Assembly (NCBI GenBank): GCA_027623195.1
Contig: JAQBUT010000014.1
Coordinates: 21,881 to 85,880 of the forward strand
Length of the DNA: 64,000 bases
Reading direction: 5' to 3'
Source of the DNA: Chloroflexota bacterium
GTDB lineage: Bacteria; Chloroflexota; Dehalococcoidia; Lucifugimonadales; JADFKI01
This document shows positions 39,159 through 48,843 of this stretch, one piece after another. The position numbers and the translations under genes were made by a program. Under the pieces are notes generated by a model. The model made no database searches, was not told where the DNA came from, and saw only the letters and a list, made by a program, of their open reading frames with translations. Numbering within the stretch: the first letter of the stretch is position 1; each line of letters begins with the position of its first letter.

Positions 39159-39407
39159 TTACCGGGACAGGCCAAAGTACTCGTAGTTCATGTCAATGTA
39201 CTTGCGCCACTCCTCCGGGGTGTCATCCTCGGCGAAAATCGCCACCACGGGGCAAACCGGCTCACATGCCGCGCAGTCAATGCACTCATCAGGGTTGATG
39301 AAGTACATGTTGTCGTCATCGGTGGTATAGATACAATCCACCGGACAGACGTCTACACATGCAGCGTCCTTCAGATCAACGCACGGCTCGGCGATAATAT
39401 ATGTCAT
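39159..39407 (-). CDS. 7Fe-type ([3Fe-4S]+[4Fe-4S]) ferredoxin
   Basis: MTYIIAEPC..ACVDVCPVDCI..CIDCAACEPVCP; AGGAGG RBS before ATG 39407. Confidence 0.93.
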   Translation of the reverse strand: MTYIIAEPCVDLKDAACVDVCPVDCIYTTDDDNMYFINPDECIDCAACEPVCPVVAIFAEDDTPEEWRKYIDMNYEYFGLSR

Positions 39408-39538
39408 CTCTTGTGGAAACCTCCTGCTCGGCAATGCAGCGTTCTGCTGCGCCCATAGATTATAAATGTGTGCCGCATCCGCTTTCAAGCATTTCACGCA
39501 TGGGCATCCATTTTCTGGCTTCAGTCTACACCTTTATC

Positions 39539-40816
39539 TTATCGGATTACACCCTTTTGTCTTAGTTCATTTAACTTCTGATCGTCGTAACCCAAACCTC
39601 GGAGGATATCTACGGTGCTCTCTCCAAGCGCAGGGGAGGCGCTCTGCGCTTCCAGAGGCGTTTCGCTCATCTTAACCAGCGGCCCTACCATAGTTACCTT
39701 GCCCGCTTGGGTGTGCTCCAGCTCCACAACAAGACCATTAGAGACCACCTGCTCGTCAGCCAGTAACTCTTCCACAAAACGAACGGGACCCGCAGGCACA
39801 CCAGCTGCGTCCAATAACTCTAGCCAATCCGAGACGGTCTTTTTCAGAAATATTTCTTCCGCCTGGCCCACAAGGCGCAAATTGAAGGCCTGAGTCTCCT
39901 CGCTGTACATGTCATATCCTGGCTGAAATCTGATGTCATCCAGGCCGAGTACGTCTACCATTCGCTTACGCAGTGGGTCGCTAAGGCAACCTACGGCCAG
40001 GACGCCGTCCTTGGCCTGATATGTCCTGTAGTAGGCATTTTCCGCCCGACGACGCCCGGGGTCGAAGGTATCCAGGTAGTGCTGATGGACATCCTTATAG
40101 GGTGCGCCAGCTTCTCGCAAAAGTGCCAGGGACTCCAAAAAATCGCCCGTACGCTCCCGATCAACCATGTCCACCTGCGTAAAGCGCATAGCTTGGAGGG
40201 CCAACGCGGTACCCAATAAGGTTGTCTCTACCTTCTGGCCTTTGCCCGTCTGCTCTCGGCTGTAAAGGGCAGCGCAGACCGACCAGGCGATGGTAATGCC
40301 CGTCGAAAAGTCCGCCAGAGGCGTAGACTGCACCGGCTGCGGCACGCCATTGGCAATCTTGTCCTCTGCGGCCATCAACCCCGTCATGGCCTGGGCAATG
40401 ATGTCGTAGCCTGGGCGGTCACTATGAGGGCCATGCCTGCCGAAGGCCGTGGTTTCGCAGTAGATAAGAGCAGGGTTAATTTTGGATAAGGTCTCGTAGT
40501 CGATTCCCAGGTTGTTGGGCACATCCGGGCGAGAATTAATTATCACCACATCCATATCGGGAACCATCTTATAGACGATTTCCCTGGCCTCAGGCTTAGT
40601 TAAGTCCAGCGTTAGACTCTTCTTGCCGCGATTGATCCCAATAAAAGTCTTGCTTTCGTTAGGCATGAAGGGCTGCGCGAACCTCCAGGGCTCACCCCAG
40701 GGCGGCTCCACTTTAATTACGTCCGCCCCCATGTCGCTTAGCAGCATGCCGCTAAATGGGCCGGCAATGATTTCCGTGAACTCCAGCACCTTTACGCCAT
40801 CCAGTGGTCCCGGCAT
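39539..40816 (-). CDS. family III CoA-transferase
   Basis: IAGPF..LSDMGA, NRGKKSL, PGYD, LADFSTG. Confidence 0.92.
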   Translation of the reverse strand: MPGPLDGVKVLEFTEIIAGPFSGMLLSDMGADVIKVEPPWGEPWRFAQPFMPNESKTFIGINRGKKSLTLDLTKPEAREIVYKMVPDMDVVIINSRPDVPNNLGIDYETLSKINPALIYCETTAFGRHGPHSDRPGYDIIAQAMTGLMAAEDKIANGVPQPVQSTPLADFSTGITIAWSVCAALYSREQTGKGQKVETTLLGTALALQAMRFTQVDMVDRERTGDFLESLALLREAGAPYKDVHQHYLDTFDPGRRRAENAYYRTYQAKDGVLAVGCLSDPLRKRMVDVLGLDDIRFQPGYDMYSEETQAFNLRLVGQAEEIFLKKTVSDWLELLDAAGVPAGPVRFVEELLADEQVVSNGLVVELEHTQAGKVTMVGPLVKMSETPLEAQSASPALGESTVDILRGLGYDDQKLNELRQKGVIR

Positions 40817-41194
40817 GCCATTTCCTCTATTTATGTATCACAAGGCGGTTTTACACAGCCCCATAAAGCCGCGCACAGCCTAGTCTGAAGTAGTATGCAG
40901 CCTCTCACACCTATGTCAAGCGCATAGGAAGGGCTGCCATGGAAGGGCCTTTTACCAGTCTACGAACACTAGAACGTCTGATTTTTAAGGCCAATCGCCA
41001 TTAGGTTACGAGGCACAAAGACCCTTATCTACCCATTCCACACCAGTCTCATTCCCCAGGCCAACGTGGGAGTATTCCAGGCGAAGTATTATACCTTCAG
41101 GATGCCTTCCACGCCTTTACCATACGGCGGCATTACATCGGGTACTTAGTTGAGACTACAGCTTGAGGTACATTCCACCCCAATTACGTGCTGT

Positions 41195-41241
41195 TCACAA
41201 ACCTCTCACAAACCCGTTGCACACGAAATGGCTGGTACTTT
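41195..41241 (+). promoter_or_regulatory. direct-repeat operator and putative extended -10 upstream of the peptide gene
   Basis: TCACAAACC at 41195 and 41206 (11-bp period), then TGgTACTTT. Confidence 0.5.
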
Positions 41242-41351
41242 ACTCGAAACGAGCTTGAAAACACGGCGACTGAGCCAGTAATCAGGCTTCAAATTCGGTT
41301 CCAATTGCCACCCCGAATTAACGAGGTGAGTAAATTAGGAGGAGGAAAGAA

Positions 41352-41597
41352 ATGACACAGTGGTTGAAGAAGGCGAAAATCACGGTTGCGACCGGAGCAA
41401 TGGCTCTGGTTCTAGTGGGCACTGCTGCACAGGGCATCGTTCAGGCGGGCTCTGCTGAAGCTAGCCTTGGTCACGATGCCGAACTGGTCAGCGGCACGGT
41501 GTACCACGATCAGGACGCCAAGCGTGGCGAAAGGTTCAAGAAAAGCGACTCCGACAGCACTTTTGGGGTTGGTGGACGACGCTGGAGCAGCGACTAG
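41352..41597 (+). CDS. small secreted peptide precursor (81 aa), putative signalling peptide
   Basis: Strong AGGAGGAGG RBS; Sec-type signal (KKAK, hydrophobic core, VQA/AEA); polar tail ending GGRRWSSD. Confidence 0.8.
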   Translation: MTQWLKKAKITVATGAMALVLVGTAAQGIVQAGSAEASLGHDAELVSGTVYHDQDAKRGERFKKSDSDSTFGVGGRRWSSD

Positions 41598-41616
41598 TCC
41601 TTAGGGATTAAAGCAA

Positions 41617-41664
41617 TAGGTCACTCATCAGCCGCCGCATTGTCGTGGGCTGATGAGTGACCTA
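41617..41664. terminator. 17-bp perfect hairpin between the peptide and kinase genes
   Basis: TAGGTCACTCATCAGCC / GGCTGATGAGTGACCTA; no U-tract on the + strand. Confidence 0.65.
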
Positions 41665-41717
41665 AAGAATCAATCGTAAAACGACTCATCATAAATTCTG
41701 TTTATCGGTTATTTAAG

Positions 41718-43223
41718 TTGAACAAGCAATTTAGAACATGGACATATATATCGGCAGTGGTTGCGGTCTCCGCATCCATTGTGGGTATCACGGCCACGAT
41801 CTGGCCCTTGTCGGAAAGCAGCACGCCTATCTGGATGCTGCTTATGCTGACAGGCCTGGTCACCCTGGCCGGCCGATTCCCAATCCAACTGTCCATACAG
41901 GCAGACGCCTCTTTGCGCGTTGTGCCTATGTTCATGGCTGTACTGCTTGTTAGCCCTGCGGAGGCAGCCCTCGTAGGCGCTGCAGGTGCAATAGTCTCTG
42001 AAGTGCTTCTGAGGACGCCCGTTCGGGCCGTCCTATTCAACTCCGGCGTCGACACCATAGCGACTGGCGCCGCAGCTATAGTTTTCATCAGTCTACGGCC
42101 AGAGGCGGCAGCGCTGTCTCTTACGGCTGGCCAGATGCTGGCCGCCGGTGCCGCAGCCCTAACTATTTTGACTTTGAACCTGGTTCTGGTGGACATCATG
42201 GCAATCGTCCGCCGCGGCTGGGAGTTCCTGAACCACTGGAAGTTCAACTACTACCTGGTTGAGGCCCCTCAAGAGGCCGGTTTCCTTACCATTGGTCTTA
42301 TTGGGGCCCTGCTTACGGCACAAGCCCCCTGGGCGCCGATAATAGTGCTTATACCTGCCGTGCTCACATTCTTTGGCTTCAAATTCGTGGTGTCTGAGGC
42401 GGCGGAGAAAACCCGCTTGGCTTCGGACCTACAGGCCAGCCTGAATGAGCTGAAAGAGGTCCAGGCCCACCTTATCAATTCCGCCAAGATGGCTTCTGTT
42501 GGTACGCTTGCAACAGGTATAGCGCACGAGATTAACAATCCTGTGTTTGCCATATCCGGTAGGGCAGACCTGCTGATAAAGGGCGCAGATAAGCACCTGG
42601 CCTCGGAAAAGGCGCTGGAATATATATACAACGTCAAGGAAATGGCAACCCGCATATCCAAGATAACCACGCATCTTATGGAGTATGCGCAGCCTGGCGA
42701 GGACATGAATGAGATCATCCTCAGTGAGGTTATGGAGTCTGCCGTTACTCTGATGGGCAAGAATGCCAAGTCGGTTCGCATAATCCGCGAATACGAAGAC
42801 GCGCCTATCATTAAGGGCGTGCAGGCACAGATGCAGCAAATATTCCTGAATCTACTGTCCAACGGCGCCGAGGCCGTGCCCGACTGGGGCAGCCTAACCA
42901 TAGGCTGTAAGGTCGAAAACGACACAGCCGTGGCATACGTCAAGGACGACGGCATAGGCATGAAGTCTGAGCTCCTCGAGCGAATCTTCGAGCCTTTCGT
43001 GGGCAGTAAGGACGTCAACAACAGGGTTGGCCTTGGCTTGGGTCTTTACACCTGCCACAAGATTGTGACCGCTCACGAGGGTGAGATCACCATCGACAGC
43101 GAGTCAGGCAAGGGAACGACCGTTACCATAAGGTTGCCTCTATATGGCACCGCCATTGTGCCGGACGATGACGTGGACGCAGACGATCTGGACATGCCAA
43201 TGGCAGTTGGCATGCAGGACTAA
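41718..43223 (+). CDS. membrane sensor histidine kinase with multi-TM N-terminal input domain
   Basis: About 230-aa hydrophobic N-domain; H-box AHEINNP, N-box NLLSNG, DDGIG, IFEPF, GLGLGL. Confidence 0.93.
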   Translation: MNKQFRTWTYISAVVAVSASIVGITATIWPLSESSTPIWMLLMLTGLVTLAGRFPIQLSIQADASLRVVPMFMAVLLVSPAEAALVGAAGAIVSEVLLRTPVRAVLFNSGVDTIATGAAAIVFISLRPEAAALSLTAGQMLAAGAAALTILTLNLVLVDIMAIVRRGWEFLNHWKFNYYLVEAPQEAGFLTIGLIGALLTAQAPWAPIIVLIPAVLTFFGFKFVVSEAAEKTRLASDLQASLNELKEVQAHLINSAKMASVGTLATGIAHEINNPVFAISGRADLLIKGADKHLASEKALEYIYNVKEMATRISKITTHLMEYAQPGEDMNEIILSEVMESAVTLMGKNAKSVRIIREYEDAPIIKGVQAQMQQIFLNLLSNGAEAVPDWGSLTIGCKVENDTAVAYVKDDGIGMKSELLERIFEPFVGSKDVNNRVGLGLGLYTCHKIVTAHEGEITIDSESGKGTTVTIRLPLYGTAIVPDDDVDADDLDMPMAVGMQD

Positions 43224-43324
43224 CGTCGGCCTTCACTCACGTTTCACCCCCGCAGACCGAGTTTAATTGCCTTTTAGGAGCGGTGCGCCGGCAAAGTGCA
43301 TCAATATCCTCCTGAAAGGCCATT

Positions 43325-43747
43325 ATGTCCCAAACCGTGCTGATAGTCGAAGACGAGTACATCACCCGAGACATCCTGACCACATGGCTGGAAGAGGCCG
43401 GGTATAACACCTGCTCGGCGGCCAACGGCCTGGAAGCCCTCCTGGAGGCCAGAGAAAAATCTCCCGATCTCGTGGTTGCGGACATAATGATGCCCCAAAT
43501 GGATGGTTATGAGCTCTGCAAAATGATGCGTCAGCTGTCCAGCACCCCATTCATGTTCCTAACAGGATTCGGGTCTGAAAACCATAAGAGACAGGGGTTC
43601 CGCATGGGAGCCAATGAATTCCTGGTCAAACCTGTTGATATGGATGTCTTCCTACAGCGGGTTTCCGAGCTGCTCAGCAAGTCTTACCCATCATCCCCTC
43701 CCACTATCGAGCCGTTCCGCCGCACAAGCCCTGAAGAAGCTGAATAA
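43325..43747 (+). CDS. single-domain response regulator (receiver)
   Basis: VEDE, ADIMMP, FLTG, VKP; no output domain. Confidence 0.9.
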   Translation: MSQTVLIVEDEYITRDILTTWLEEAGYNTCSAANGLEALLEAREKSPDLVVADIMMPQMDGYELCKMMRQLSSTPFMFLTGFGSENHKRQGFRMGANEFLVKPVDMDVFLQRVSELLSKSYPSSPPTIEPFRRTSPEEAE

Positions 43748-43906
43748 GGTTAAATTTACCGGACTACCCTTTGAGGCCCTTTTCACCGTTTCTCGACGGG
43801 GGGCCAGCACCCACCGGCCACTGATAGTCTTCGCGTGGAATAGAGGGCATGCACTCACAGTACTCAAATACTGCCCTGTTAGTATGAAATCACACCAAAA
43901 GACCAT

Positions 43907-44359
43907 GTGAGCGGTGAACGTGCGCAGATGACAATAGGCTTCGCAGAACCAAAAACTACATCAGCCCTGCAAGAGCAGACTCAAAAGACCCCTTTGGAGC
44001 ACCCCTCCATACTGGTTGTGGAAGACGAAGAGGGAGTACGAGACCTGCTGGTCCAGCTTCTCCAAATGGGAGGCTACAGCGCCATAGCTGTCGACAACGG
44101 CCTGGATGCTATAGCTAGTTTCAAAGAGGAGCATTACGACCTTGTGTTCACAGACTATCGAATGCCCGGCATATCCGGCGCAGAGGTAACCCGCGCGATA
44201 AAGGCTTTCGATTCCCGAATCCCAGTAGTTGTCGTCACGGGATGGGACCCGGAAACCTTTAAGGACGAGCTTGAGTGCGCAGGTGCGGACCATATCCTCC
44301 AGAAGCCATTCGACATGGACGATTTGCTCGAGCTGGTTTCCAGCCTGACATCCCGCTAA
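43907..44359 (+). CDS. single-domain response regulator (receiver)
   Basis: VEDE, TDYRMP, VTG, QKPF; start uncertain. Confidence 0.9.
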   Translation: MSGERAQMTIGFAEPKTTSALQEQTQKTPLEHPSILVVEDEEGVRDLLVQLLQMGGYSAIAVDNGLDAIASFKEEHYDLVFTDYRMPGISGAEVTRAIKAFDSRIPVVVVTGWDPETFKDELECAGADHILQKPFDMDDLLELVSSLTSR

Positions 44360-44393
44360 TATCAACCAAACGCAGGAGCTTCCTCGTTTGACC

Positions 44394-44431
44394 AGGCCAG
44401 GACTACTAAATTAGTTCTGGCCTATTTTTTT
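44394..44431 (+). terminator. intrinsic terminator closing the peptide/HK/RR locus
   Basis: AGGCCAGGACTA / TAGTTCTGGCCT followed by a T7 tract. Confidence 0.8.
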
Positions 44432-44668
44432 GCCTTGGTCTTACAGCCTCATAGCGTACGGATGTCGCTTTCCCAACGCACATTGCCCCAATTGACAGGC
44501 TAGAATGGCCCTGCTAGCTTACCGTCTGAATTTGCACGTCGACGCCCTCTACGTCAACAAGCGGCTATCCATCCAAGACATGAACAAGAAAATACCCAGG
44601 CTGCATGTATTTATTATTGGGAACAAACGTGCTATAAATACCATCAATAACCGAGGCGAGGAGTCTGA

Positions 44669-45424
44669 ATGAAAAAGGTTCTGATTACTGGAATGAGCGG
44701 CCTGATTGGGGGTCTTCTAGGAAGACACCTGCAGAATGTCGGCGGATACGAGATAACGGCCCTTAACAGAAGCAAGGTCGAGGGCGTCAATTGTGTTCAG
44801 GCCGACATCGCCGATCTTGAAGCCATCAAGCACGCATTCCAGGGACAAGATGTGGTCGTGCATCTAGCGGCATACCTGGGCAACGACGATTGGCCGGGGC
44901 AGCTCAACGGCAACATAGTCGGTATGTACAACGTATTCGAGGCGGCCCGGCTTGGAGGCGTTAAGCGCGTAGTATTCGCCAGCAGCGGCAACGCTATTCG
45001 AGGTTACGAGAATGTCGAGCCCTACAAGGCACTGGTGGAAGGTCGTTACAATGACTTGCCTGCCGTTATCCCGATGGTTACGCATACAATGATTCGGCCT
45101 GAGGGCATTTACGGCGCTGCGAAGGTCTTCGGTGAGGCCTTGGCCAGCTACTACTCCGACGCCTACGGCATATCGTTTCTCAACGTGCGAATCGGCCGTG
45201 TCAGGGCCGACAATACTCCAACGGATGTCCGCGAGCGCTCGATTTACCTTAGCCACGACGACGCTGTGCAGATATTGCACAAGTGCATCGACGCACCCGA
45301 CGATCTGATGTACGACACATTCTTGGCGACCTCCGACAACAAGTACACCTACCGGGACCTGACCCATCCTAGAGACGTGCTGGGTTTCGTCCCCAAGGAC
45401 TCTGCCGACTCTTATTTCGAATAG
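44669..45424 (+). CDS. NAD(P)-dependent oxidoreductase (extended SDR, uronate-dehydrogenase-like)
   Basis: TGMSGLIG, HLAA, FASS, YGAAK, RIG. Confidence 0.85.
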   Translation: MKKVLITGMSGLIGGLLGRHLQNVGGYEITALNRSKVEGVNCVQADIADLEAIKHAFQGQDVVVHLAAYLGNDDWPGQLNGNIVGMYNVFEAARLGGVKRVVFASSGNAIRGYENVEPYKALVEGRYNDLPAVIPMVTHTMIRPEGIYGAAKVFGEALASYYSDAYGISFLNVRIGRVRADNTPTDVRERSIYLSHDDAVQILHKCIDAPDDLMYDTFLATSDNKYTYRDLTHPRDVLGFVPKDSADSYFE

Positions 45425-45451
45425 CCAGACATTGCCGAAAGGGTCCCTTAA

Positions 45452-46558
45452 ATGAAAAGCATAACCATAGATAGGTCCAAACGCCTGAAGGACGAGCCTG
45501 AGAAGGGGCACAATCGCTGGCACCCAGACATCACGCCGATTCTAGAGGTAGATCCTGGAGAAGAAGTGCTGCTGGAAACCCGCGACGCCTCGGACGGCCA
45601 GATAAAGCCGGGTATGTTGCCTGCCGATCTGGAGGGACTGGCCTCCAAGGTGGCTCATCCGTTGACGGGCCCTGTTTACATAAAGGGTGCAGCGCCGGGC
45701 GACCTGCTAGAGATCGAGTACGTAGACATCACGCCACAACCATATGGCTGGACTCGCATTCGGCCAGGCGCAGGCTTCCTGAGAGACCTTTACACCCAGC
45801 CGTACGTCGCCCACTGGACGATCTTAGACGGATGGGCAACATCGCCTCAGATACCAGGCGTCCGGATACCAAATGGCTCCTTTATGGGGACTGCCGGACT
45901 AGCGCCGTCTCACCAGCAGATGGAGGAATGGCGACTGCGCGAGGCGAGGGTGGCCGACGAAGGCGGCATAGCTGCTCCACCCGATCCGGAGGACGCCGTG
46001 CCCCAAAGCGAACCCATAGCGAGCCAGGGCCTGCGCACGCTGCCGCCGCGTGAGAACTGCGGCAACGCGGATGTAAAGCAACTCACCACCGGCTCTCGAT
46101 TATTCGTGCCCGTAGGCGTCGAGGGCGCGCTTTACTCTGCCGGAGACGGCCATTTCGCCCAGGGCGACTCCGAGTGCTGTATTACGGCTATCGAGATGGG
46201 GGCGACTTGCACCGTAAGGTTCACATTACATAAGGGCGAGGCTGCTGAAAAGAACATCAAGTTTCCGCGATTTTCCCATCCAGGCTACTTTCTACCGCCT
46301 GAGTGGGCAGCGCCACGAAACTTTATCGCAACTATGGGCATGCCAATAAGGGAAGACGGCGTTAACGAAGGCGAGAACCTGACTCTGGCCGCCCGCAGCG
46401 CAATCATCAATATGATCCAACTGTTGGGTGAGCGCGGATTCAGTCCAGAACAGGCTTACGTTATATGCAGCGTGGCCGTGGACCTCAAGATAAGCAACAT
46501 TGTGGACCTGCCCAACGTAACCGTCTCCGCTTTCCTGCCCGAGGATATTTTTCAGTAA
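45452..46558 (+). CDS. acetamidase/formamidase family protein
   Basis: HNRWHPD, HPLTGPV, GNAD, GDGHFAQGDSE, AIE. Confidence 0.92.
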   Translation: MKSITIDRSKRLKDEPEKGHNRWHPDITPILEVDPGEEVLLETRDASDGQIKPGMLPADLEGLASKVAHPLTGPVYIKGAAPGDLLEIEYVDITPQPYGWTRIRPGAGFLRDLYTQPYVAHWTILDGWATSPQIPGVRIPNGSFMGTAGLAPSHQQMEEWRLREARVADEGGIAAPPDPEDAVPQSEPIASQGLRTLPPRENCGNADVKQLTTGSRLFVPVGVEGALYSAGDGHFAQGDSECCITAIEMGATCTVRFTLHKGEAAEKNIKFPRFSHPGYFLPPEWAAPRNFIATMGMPIREDGVNEGENLTLAARSAIINMIQLLGERGFSPEQAYVICSVAVDLKISNIVDLPNVTVSAFLPEDIFQ

Positions 46559-46608
46559 CAAGCAGTTATTGGGCTAATAAGATGCCATGAATTAGATGAG
46601 AGGCCGCT

Positions 46609-47727
46609 ATGGAGATAATTTCGCTTGTCCTATTAGTCTGTGGTTTGGTCGTAGGCGCATTGATAGGTGGCCTAGTCAAGTGGTCAGCCCTTAAGGGCAA
46701 CGCCTCAAAGCAGGCAGAGGAACACGAAAACATGTCCAATGCTTTCAAAGTCTTGGCCACGGATGCCTTGAGGCAAAATTCCGAGGACTTCCTTAAGAGC
46801 GCAGGCAAGAACGTGGAAAGTCTCGTTAAGCCGCTCGCCGAGCATCTGAGCAAAATTGAAAAGGACGTTCAGTCAGATTATGGCGGAATCCGGCAGCTCA
46901 TGGCCGGCGTGACGGAAGGCCAAAACAGGCTGGCCGGCGAGACCAGAGGATTGACGCAGGCCCTCCGAACACCACAGGTCCGAGGACGCTGGGGAGAGCT
47001 GACCCTCCGACGCGTGGCTGAGCTGTCCGGGATGGTGGACCGTTGTGACTTCCAGGAACAGGCTTCCTTAGTTTCTGAGGGATCGAATCTTAGGCCGGAC
47101 ATGGTGGTCATGCTTCCCAATGAAAGACGTATCGTAGTAGATGCCAAGACACCGCTTGACGCGTATCTGGATTCCTTGAATTCGGATACGGAGGAAGCCA
47201 AGGCTGTGGCCTTAAAGCGCCATTCAAGGCTCGTCAAAGATCGAGTTACAGAGCTAGCTCGAAAGTCGTACTGGGATGCCCTCGGGTACACCCCGGAGTT
47301 TGTCGTCCTGTTCCTGCCCGGAGAATTCTTTCTCGGGCCAGCACTGCAAGAGGATGCAAATCTACTAGATTACGCATTCGGCCAAAAGGTAATTATCGCA
47401 TCCCCCGCCACACTTATGTCGCTACTGCTTACCGTGGCGCACGGCTGGAGGGAAGAGCGTCTCGCAGAAAACGCGAGAAAAATCAGCGAGATGGGTAAGG
47501 AAATACACGATAGGCTGCAGACCTGGGCGGACCACTATTCCAGAGTTGGAAAGTCACTAAGTAGTGCTGTAGACGCGTTCAATAGCAGCGTCGGCTCATT
47601 GGAAAGGTCTGTCATGCCGTCCGCCCGAAGATTCAAGGAAATGGGTGTCAGCAGCAGTAAGGAAATCCCGGAACTCAGCCCCATAGACAGGAGCCTGCGA
47701 CTTCCTTCAATTATAGAGTCCGACTAG
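46609..47727 (+). CDS. rmuC: DNA recombination protein RmuC
   Basis: N-terminal TM; RGRWGE..L, RPD, VDAK, KSYW, PEFVVLFLPGE, SPATL. Confidence 0.93.
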   Translation: MEIISLVLLVCGLVVGALIGGLVKWSALKGNASKQAEEHENMSNAFKVLATDALRQNSEDFLKSAGKNVESLVKPLAEHLSKIEKDVQSDYGGIRQLMAGVTEGQNRLAGETRGLTQALRTPQVRGRWGELTLRRVAELSGMVDRCDFQEQASLVSEGSNLRPDMVVMLPNERRIVVDAKTPLDAYLDSLNSDTEEAKAVALKRHSRLVKDRVTELARKSYWDALGYTPEFVVLFLPGEFFLGPALQEDANLLDYAFGQKVIIASPATLMSLLLTVAHGWREERLAENARKISEMGKEIHDRLQTWADHYSRVGKSLSSAVDAFNSSVGSLERSVMPSARRFKEMGVSSSKEIPELSPIDRSLRLPSIIESD

Positions 47728-47765
47728 CGCCGAGACCAAAGGGGGAAAATCTTCGCCTCTGCCAA

Positions 47766-48785
47766 TTATTGGACCAGGAACGGCGCCATGTCTTCCGGCG
47801 AGAACAGGAACTGGCTCCAGTAAGGCGCAGCCATAAGGCCAGCGGCCTCCTGCCATACCTCAGCCAATGGCGTTCCGGCGTGGCCCTGGTACTCGTCCGA
47901 CAGGCTACTCATCAGCTTATCCAGGTCGGTTCGGAAATCGCCAACGCCTGAGTAGGACCGAGACCGAATCCGCTCCAACATGGTGCGAGCTTCGTTTCCC
48001 CCGTCACTGGAAACATTCGCAGCGAACCCCCTCGATAGTAAATCCAAGTCGCCATTGAATTGCGTGACTGAGTCCATGCCGTGCGGTTCGGCGTAAGCAG
48101 CCGCGTCTTGCGGAGGAGCTACCGAAGGCACGTACCACTTGAGCAGTTCCAGGTAGAAGTCATGCATGTCCAGCGCAGCGTGCCGTCCAGTGGCCTCCCG
48201 CGCCTCGGTGATGTTGCCCACGTCTATGACATTGATGCACGCGGTGGAGGGATCGAAGAAAATATTCTGGGGCCGCAGGTCCAGTAACACCACACCCTGC
48301 GAATGGAACGCCTCGGCGACCGCCAAAATCTCCCCCGCGATGGTGAAGGCGCCCTTTTCAGGATGAGCGTTGACTGGATGCAGCGCGAAAAGGTTCTGAG
48401 GCAACCCAATGGGGTGACGCTTGATGCCGTCCAGCGCGCTGCCCACCAGCGGCACCCCCACGGCCCTGGCGTCGACTAGCACCGTGTATCGCTCGTCTAT
48501 GCCGTCGCCGAAGTAGCCCGCGTGCGACTCCTGGGCAGTGTACGCAAGCATTTGCGCAACGTGAGGCAGTCCCTCTCCCAGACGGTCCTTAATGCCAATA
48601 GCCTCCGCAGTCCGCCTCTCCACGGCCCGGTGCTGGCCTCGCTCCAGCAAAGTCGGGTGGGGCCGCTTTACAACCACGGACGCACCAGTCTGCGTATCCG
48701 TAGCGGCGAACACTTCTAGATCAGCGCCCTCCCCGAGGATGCCGCCCAGTTCGAAGCGTTCCAGGTCTTTGGAGTCTATTTGCAT
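47766..48785 (-). CDS. atypical protein-kinase-fold protein
   Basis: LGEGA Gly-loop, VVVK, LLDLRPQNI catalytic loop, IDVG in place of DFG. Confidence 0.7.
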   Translation of the reverse strand: MQIDSKDLERFELGGILGEGADLEVFAATDTQTGASVVVKRPHPTLLERGQHRAVERRTAEAIGIKDRLGEGLPHVAQMLAYTAQESHAGYFGDGIDERYTVLVDARAVGVPLVGSALDGIKRHPIGLPQNLFALHPVNAHPEKGAFTIAGEILAVAEAFHSQGVVLLDLRPQNIFFDPSTACINVIDVGNITEAREATGRHAALDMHDFYLELLKWYVPSVAPPQDAAAYAEPHGMDSVTQFNGDLDLLSRGFAANVSSDGGNEARTMLERIRSRSYSGVGDFRTDLDKLMSSLSDEYQGHAGTPLAEVWQEAAGLMAAPYWSQFLFSPEDMAPFLVQ

Positions 48786-48843
48786 AAAGCCCCTCAGGCA
48801 AACAAATTAGGAGTCATAACCCCTTACTCAGCGAAAGCAAGAC

